From: a virus
Taxonomy: Duplodnaviria; Caudoviricetes
Direction: 5' to 3' (one strand)
Virus record (IMG/VR): IMGVR_UViG_3300020388_000009
Length of the DNA: 64,000 nt
Under the pieces are notes generated by a model, which ran no database searches, had not been told where the DNA came from, and saw nothing but the letters and a program-made list of their open reading frames with translations. Positions 59,973 through 64,000 of this stretch are shown piece by piece. Every line of letters begins with the position of its first letter. Position 1 is the stretch's first letter. The translations under genes and the position numbers were made by a program.

Positions 59973-60461
59973 TTATTCCATGTATATTGATGAATTTCTA
60001 TCAGCTTCCCAACATTCTACTTTTACTACCTTTACTCTACCACCACCTGTTAATGCCATTCGTTCGTTAAATTTATCGTAAACTAATTTAGCACAAGATT
60101 CAGCTCCCATTTTATCCATAACTCGTAAAGATAATGTACCTAATTCTTCCATCATTTGAAACGATTCTAGTTGAGGATCATCTTTCTCTATTAAACATGT
60201 ATGATCCCACATATAGTTCATCCAATCTTTTAATCCATTACCAGGAGTTGGCTCTGCATCTGTTGATTTGAATCCACCATAATCCATAATCCAATTCATT
60301 TCATCTAATTGGTTTTCTTCTAGCGGCTCATGTGATTCAAACCATACTTTAAATTTTAAAGCATATCCATGTAATAATTCGCAATGTGAATGAGCAGCTT
60401 TATGTTGTCGCAATGCTACCGAATAATTATCGAATACTTTAGTTGATTGATACTTTCCCAT
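59973..60461 (-). CDS. queD: 6-carboxytetrahydropterin synthase
   Basis: SHCELLHGY, DYGG, WDH, GAE, ECWE; probable start MGKYQSTK. Confidence 0.85.
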   Translation of the reverse strand: MGKYQSTKVFDNYSVALRQHKAAHSHCELLHGYALKFKVWFESHEPLEENQLDEMNWIMDYGGFKSTDAEPTPGNGLKDWMNYMWDHTCLIEKDDPQLESFQMMEELGTLSLRVMDKMGAESCAKLVYDKFNERMALTGGGRVKVVKVECWEADRNSSIYME

Positions 60462-60462
60462 A

Positions 60463-60759
60463 CTATTCCTTTGAATATGTCCATGCCATCCAATACTTTT
60501 TACCATGTAATAGATGAGATGCTGTTTTAGCAATATGACCTGCAAAATCAGCCATATAATTTAATAATTCCGCTTCACTTGTAAACATAGTAAAGTTATC
60601 TGCATATGGATAATAATCTGCAAATGTAATACCGCTAAACTTTACCGATCGATCATTAACTGTTTCAAATGCCATTGTTCGTAAATACTCTTGATCGTAG
60701 TGAGCCAATTTACGAAAATCAAACGTCATTTCAACGTCTTTAAATTTAAAATTTTCCAT
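60463..60759 (-). CDS. Hypothetical protein
   Basis: 98 aa ORF in the queD operon. Confidence 0.6.
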   Translation of the reverse strand: MENFKFKDVEMTFDFRKLAHYDQEYLRTMAFETVNDRSVKFSGITFADYYPYADNFTMFTSEAELLNYMADFAGHIAKTASHLLHGKKYWMAWTYSKE

Positions 60760-60763
60760 GTAA

Positions 60764-60946
60764 CTAATTGTTTTTTAAATATTCTTCTTTTGCAACTAAC
60801 TCGCCGGCAGCATGGTCATATACCATTCCATCAATAATTGATAATTCATTTAATGTTAAATCAATTTGATAATTACATTCGGTATCTGTAATTAAACCAT
60901 TTGCATAACCGTTAATTAATTCTAGTACTTGATTTTCTTTTGACAT
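60764..60946 (-). CDS. Hypothetical protein
   Basis: 60 aa; first gene after the promoter. Confidence 0.55.
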   Translation of the reverse strand: MSKENQVLELINGYANGLITDTECNYQIDLTLNELSIIDGMVYDHAAGELVAKEEYLKNN

Positions 60947-60969
60947 ATCTCTTACTTTTATAATTTATA

Positions 60970-61001
60970 TAAATATAAGAAATATATTTGACTCTACCAA
61001 A
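60970..61001 (-). promoter_or_regulatory. Early promoter for queD-queE-groES-folE-hpt-polB
   Basis: TTTG-N20-TATATTTA with AAAAAGCTATAAAAAGA upstream. Confidence 0.75.
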
Positions 61002-61055
61002 TCTTTTTATAGCTTTTTCCAGATAAATTCTCTATAATACAAGTCTCGAATCCAA

Positions 61056-62912
61056 TCATGTGATTTCACAACTCCCTCCAGCACATGCCAATTCACCTTT
61101 CAAATCAGTTTCATCTTCTGTTTCAATTATTTCTGTTAAATCTATAGATGTTAATGATCCCATGAGACGCTCATATTCTTCTTTGGTGATATCTTCAAAT
61201 GGTGCCTGAGTATATGTTCCTCCATTATATGGTAATACTGATAATCCATTATATGATTCTTTATTGTCCCACATCCATTCTCCGGCTGCATCCCATTCAT
61301 GATCTCGTAACGATATTGTAGCTGATACATTATGAGTATTATTACCAGATCTATGGCCAGGTTTGATCCATTCCTGTGCTACCTTTTTAACTCTTTCTAG
61401 TAATTGGAACGGGGATTCAGTTCTCATAATAGCACCATCTGGAGATTTTTGTGGTACAGAAATAACTGCGGTATCATGAGGTCTAAAGTATTCATCCTCT
61501 ACCAATTCTGGGTGATGTTCCATTAAATGTTTATAAATAGATTCATTTTTACCAACTCGTATTCTTCTGATATAATAATCGTTATGCCATGCATGAATAC
61601 CTGATGATGTTCCTAATGTTAACGAAGTTGTTCCAGCCGGTTTAACGGTAGTTGTTCTAGCCGATTTGTTTATTCCAATTAACTCAGCCACTCTTGCATT
61701 TTCTGTTTTTACAATTTTAGCGGCGGATTTCATATCATATCCTAATACTGTACCAGAACCTATACCAGTCATTGATACGCCAATCAATGCATCTTTTTCG
61801 GTTGTTCTTTGCCATACTGGTCTTAAATAATGAAAATCTGTATATCCGGCTTGGAGTGTTCCAATAAACGACGCTACTTTTACTCGAGCTTCAAAATCTT
61901 CTTGCGATTCAATATTGGATACATTTACTTCACATAAGTTACAAAATTGATATGGTCTTAATGCAATTTCACAACATGGGTTAGTTCCCCAATCTTTGTC
62001 ATTTGATAGATATATTCCAGGTTCACCTGCACCAGATAATTCAACACGTTTCCATAAATCTGTAAAGAACTCTTTGGTAATTTTATGACGCATTAAAACT
62101 GCGGAATTATTAGCTCTACCTCTTTGAGGATTCAATTCCCACCAATTACCTGACTTACATGCAATCATTTCTTCGTCATGAGCACTAAACAAGCTAATCA
62201 GAGCCGCTCTACGAATTCCGCCGGCTAATACAGCATCTGCTATATGACATACCACATCATGTGTTTCCAATGTTGATAATTTATCACCATCTGCTTTTTC
62301 TTTCAATAATCCTTCTATCTTAACTAAACATTCTTTAAGAGGTTGAGGTCCTGGAGCTTTACCACCCGAAGTTACCAATCTCGCACCTTTAGGTCGTATA
62401 TCAGAATAATCAAATTTTAAATGAGAACCGCCTGTAAAATAATTTTTCATTAATGCCTTTACTGCATCAGCCCAACCTTCAATTGAATCTGCGATTAGAA
62501 ATCTTCGAGTTCTTTTATAATTAGGTTTTCTAATTTCAGGTAATTCATCTACATGGTGTTTTTGAACCGAATATCCTACGCCTGTACCTCCTAATAACAG
62601 AAACATTGCTTCAGAAAATGCTCTCCAATCATCGATAGGAACATATGCACAATTGTAAACTCTATTTGGAGATATTTCAATAGGCTTACCTGCAAATTGC
62701 ATTGACCTCATCGATGGTAATACCTTTTTATCATATACCATTTCATACGCATCATTAATTTCTTTAGCCAATTTTGGATATTTTTTAAGATGCATTGATT
62801 TATTTCTTGTAACTAGTTCTTCCCAGGTTTCTCGTCGTTCTAGTTCTGGTATATACTTTGCATATTTCATATACACTGTAATATCTGATAAAATTTGATT
62901 TGATATTTCCAT
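61056..62912 (-). CDS. nrdJ: Class II (B12-dependent) ribonucleotide reductase
   Basis: YNCAY, GTGVG, RRAA, TNPCCEI, VKPAGT, C-terminal CAGGSCEIT. Confidence 0.9.
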   Translation of the reverse strand: MEISNQILSDITVYMKYAKYIPELERRETWEELVTRNKSMHLKKYPKLAKEINDAYEMVYDKKVLPSMRSMQFAGKPIEISPNRVYNCAYVPIDDWRAFSEAMFLLLGGTGVGYSVQKHHVDELPEIRKPNYKRTRRFLIADSIEGWADAVKALMKNYFTGGSHLKFDYSDIRPKGARLVTSGGKAPGPQPLKECLVKIEGLLKEKADGDKLSTLETHDVVCHIADAVLAGGIRRAALISLFSAHDEEMIACKSGNWWELNPQRGRANNSAVLMRHKITKEFFTDLWKRVELSGAGEPGIYLSNDKDWGTNPCCEIALRPYQFCNLCEVNVSNIESQEDFEARVKVASFIGTLQAGYTDFHYLRPVWQRTTEKDALIGVSMTGIGSGTVLGYDMKSAAKIVKTENARVAELIGINKSARTTTVKPAGTTSLTLGTSSGIHAWHNDYYIRRIRVGKNESIYKHLMEHHPELVEDEYFRPHDTAVISVPQKSPDGAIMRTESPFQLLERVKKVAQEWIKPGHRSGNNTHNVSATISLRDHEWDAAGEWMWDNKESYNGLSVLPYNGGTYTQAPFEDITKEEYERLMGSLTSIDLTEIIETEDETDLKGELACAGGSCEIT

Positions 62913-62941
62913 TTTTTCCTTAAAATTATTTAGTTTAGCGT

Positions 62942-62965
62942 AAAAATGTAGTCTTTACGGACTAC
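62942..62965 (-). terminator. Terminator-like hairpin in the nrdJ leader
   Basis: GTAGTC-CGTAAA-GACTAC-ATTTTT on the minus strand. Confidence 0.45.
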
Positions 62966-63041
62966 TTATTCTACGATTTCTCTTATAAATATACCAGTCA
63001 GCTCAATTGCGTACCGGTTTTTGACTACTTTTTTTAAACTT

Positions 63042-64000
63042 TTATTCAAAACCTGAATTTTGAGTTTCTTGGTATTTTCTAGCTAGCATTTGCCTAGCTA
63101 ATTCATTACCATTATCCATTTGCTTTTGAGTATCTTTACCTTGTATTGACGTATCTGTATATATGTCAAATTGTCCATTTGATGTATTCATTTTACTTGG
63201 TAATGTTATTCCATCCGGACCAAAACGATTTTTAATAACATGCCAGCGACCAGTTCCTGCCAATTTATCTTGTACTTTTCTTGATAATGATAATATGAAA
63301 TCTGCAACCATTACTTTACCATATGATTCAGAAACTTTACTAGCATCAATAACATCTTCTTCTAATGCAGATCTATTTGCTTGAGATGCAGTCCAGACTG
63401 GTATTTCATATTCTCCGGCCATTCCTCGTAAATCTTCATAAATACCTTCAAGTTCATGACGTTTTTCTTGACCATGGCCTCGTAAAAGATCTGCATAATC
63501 AACAATTATAACATCTGGCTTTTTATCTTGCATTATACATTTTTCAATATGAGATCGTATACCCATTACAGATACAGATTTTGTAGGATAATGTTTAATA
63601 ATTAATTCACCATTAATTTTAGTCAATTGTTCTTTAACTTCATCCATATAATGTTTTAGGTTCTGCTGAGCTATTCCTGTTATAACAGAATCATACCGCA
63701 ATCCTACATATGCTTCATTTAACTCTAATGTATAATGCAATACAGTTTTACCTTTCTTCACTGCATTTGCTCCAATATTCATTAATGCCCAGGACTTACC
63801 AATACCTGCCGGTGCAACCATAACTCCTAACTCACCTTTACCTAATCCACCATCTGTTAATTCGTTAATTACCTCCCATGGTGTTTCTTGTACATGTCTT
63901 ACTGCCTCACTATAACGTTCTTCAATATTAGTCATATATTCATGGCCAATATCTTTATCTCCACCTGATTTTAATGCATCATCAACAGCTGCCTTTATTT
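63042..64000 (-). CDS. Replicative helicase (DnaB/gp41-like), 5' partial
   Basis: APAGIGKS, TLEL, IVDYAD, TASQ, KNRFG; the frame stays open beyond 63935 to the window end. Confidence 0.92.
   Translation of the reverse strand, partial: IKAAVDDALKSGGDKDIGHEYMTNIEERYSEAVRHVQETPWEVINELTDGGLGKGELGVMVAPAGIGKSWALMNIGANAVKKGKTVLHYTLELNEAYVGLRYDSVITGIAQQNLKHYMDEVKEQLTKINGELIIKHYPTKSVSVMGIRSHIEKCIMQDKKPDVIIVDYADLLRGHGQEKRHELEGIYEDLRGMAGEYEIPVWTASQANRSALEEDVIDASKVSESYGKVMVADFILSLSRKVQDKLAGTGRWHVIKNRFGPDGITLPSKMNTSNGQFDIYTDTSIQGKDTQKQMDNGNELARQMLARKYQETQNSGFE

Noticed and set aside
62913-63041. Cobalamin riboswitch upstream of nrdJ
   Set aside because: The gap is only about 130 bp, AT-rich, with no B12-box motifs.

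Overview
This is a 64 kb segment of a large, AT-rich, T4-like tailed phage genome. Almost all genes are on the minus strand and the standard genetic code applies. The host is very likely Bacteroidota (Flavobacteriia-like), on three lines of evidence: 15 promoters with a TT(T/A)G-N20-TAnnTTnA layout, four signal peptides that cleave before Gln, and a cargo protein with a type IX secretion (T9SS) C-terminal domain. Layout: 1-1.7 kb internal-head-like proteins; 2.8-4.2 kb a structured, largely non-coding region (candidate origin/packaging site and ncRNAs); 4-15 kb small early genes, a MoxR-AAA/VWA pair, a T-fold DpdL-like protein, a lysozyme and ClpS; 15-27 kb late/virion genes, including a four-gene cell-envelope operon (Cys-rich T9SS cargo, OM beta-barrel, membrane protein, CxxC-less thioredoxin); 27.8-45.6 kb an ~18 kb glycosylation island; 45-64 kb the replication core (nuclease, clamp loader, GroEL/GroES, dUTPase, clamp, PolB, class II RNR, helicase) interleaved with a 7-deazaguanine DNA-modification pathway. 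That pathway has folE, queD, queE, hpt, a DpdA-like transglycosylase and a coupled glycosyltransferase, with no queC in the window. The two best candidates for undescribed systems are the phage-encoded T9SS surface-display operon and a clamp-tethered deazaguanine plus glycosyltransferase DNA hypermodification module. All calls come from motif recognition by eye; no database searches were run.
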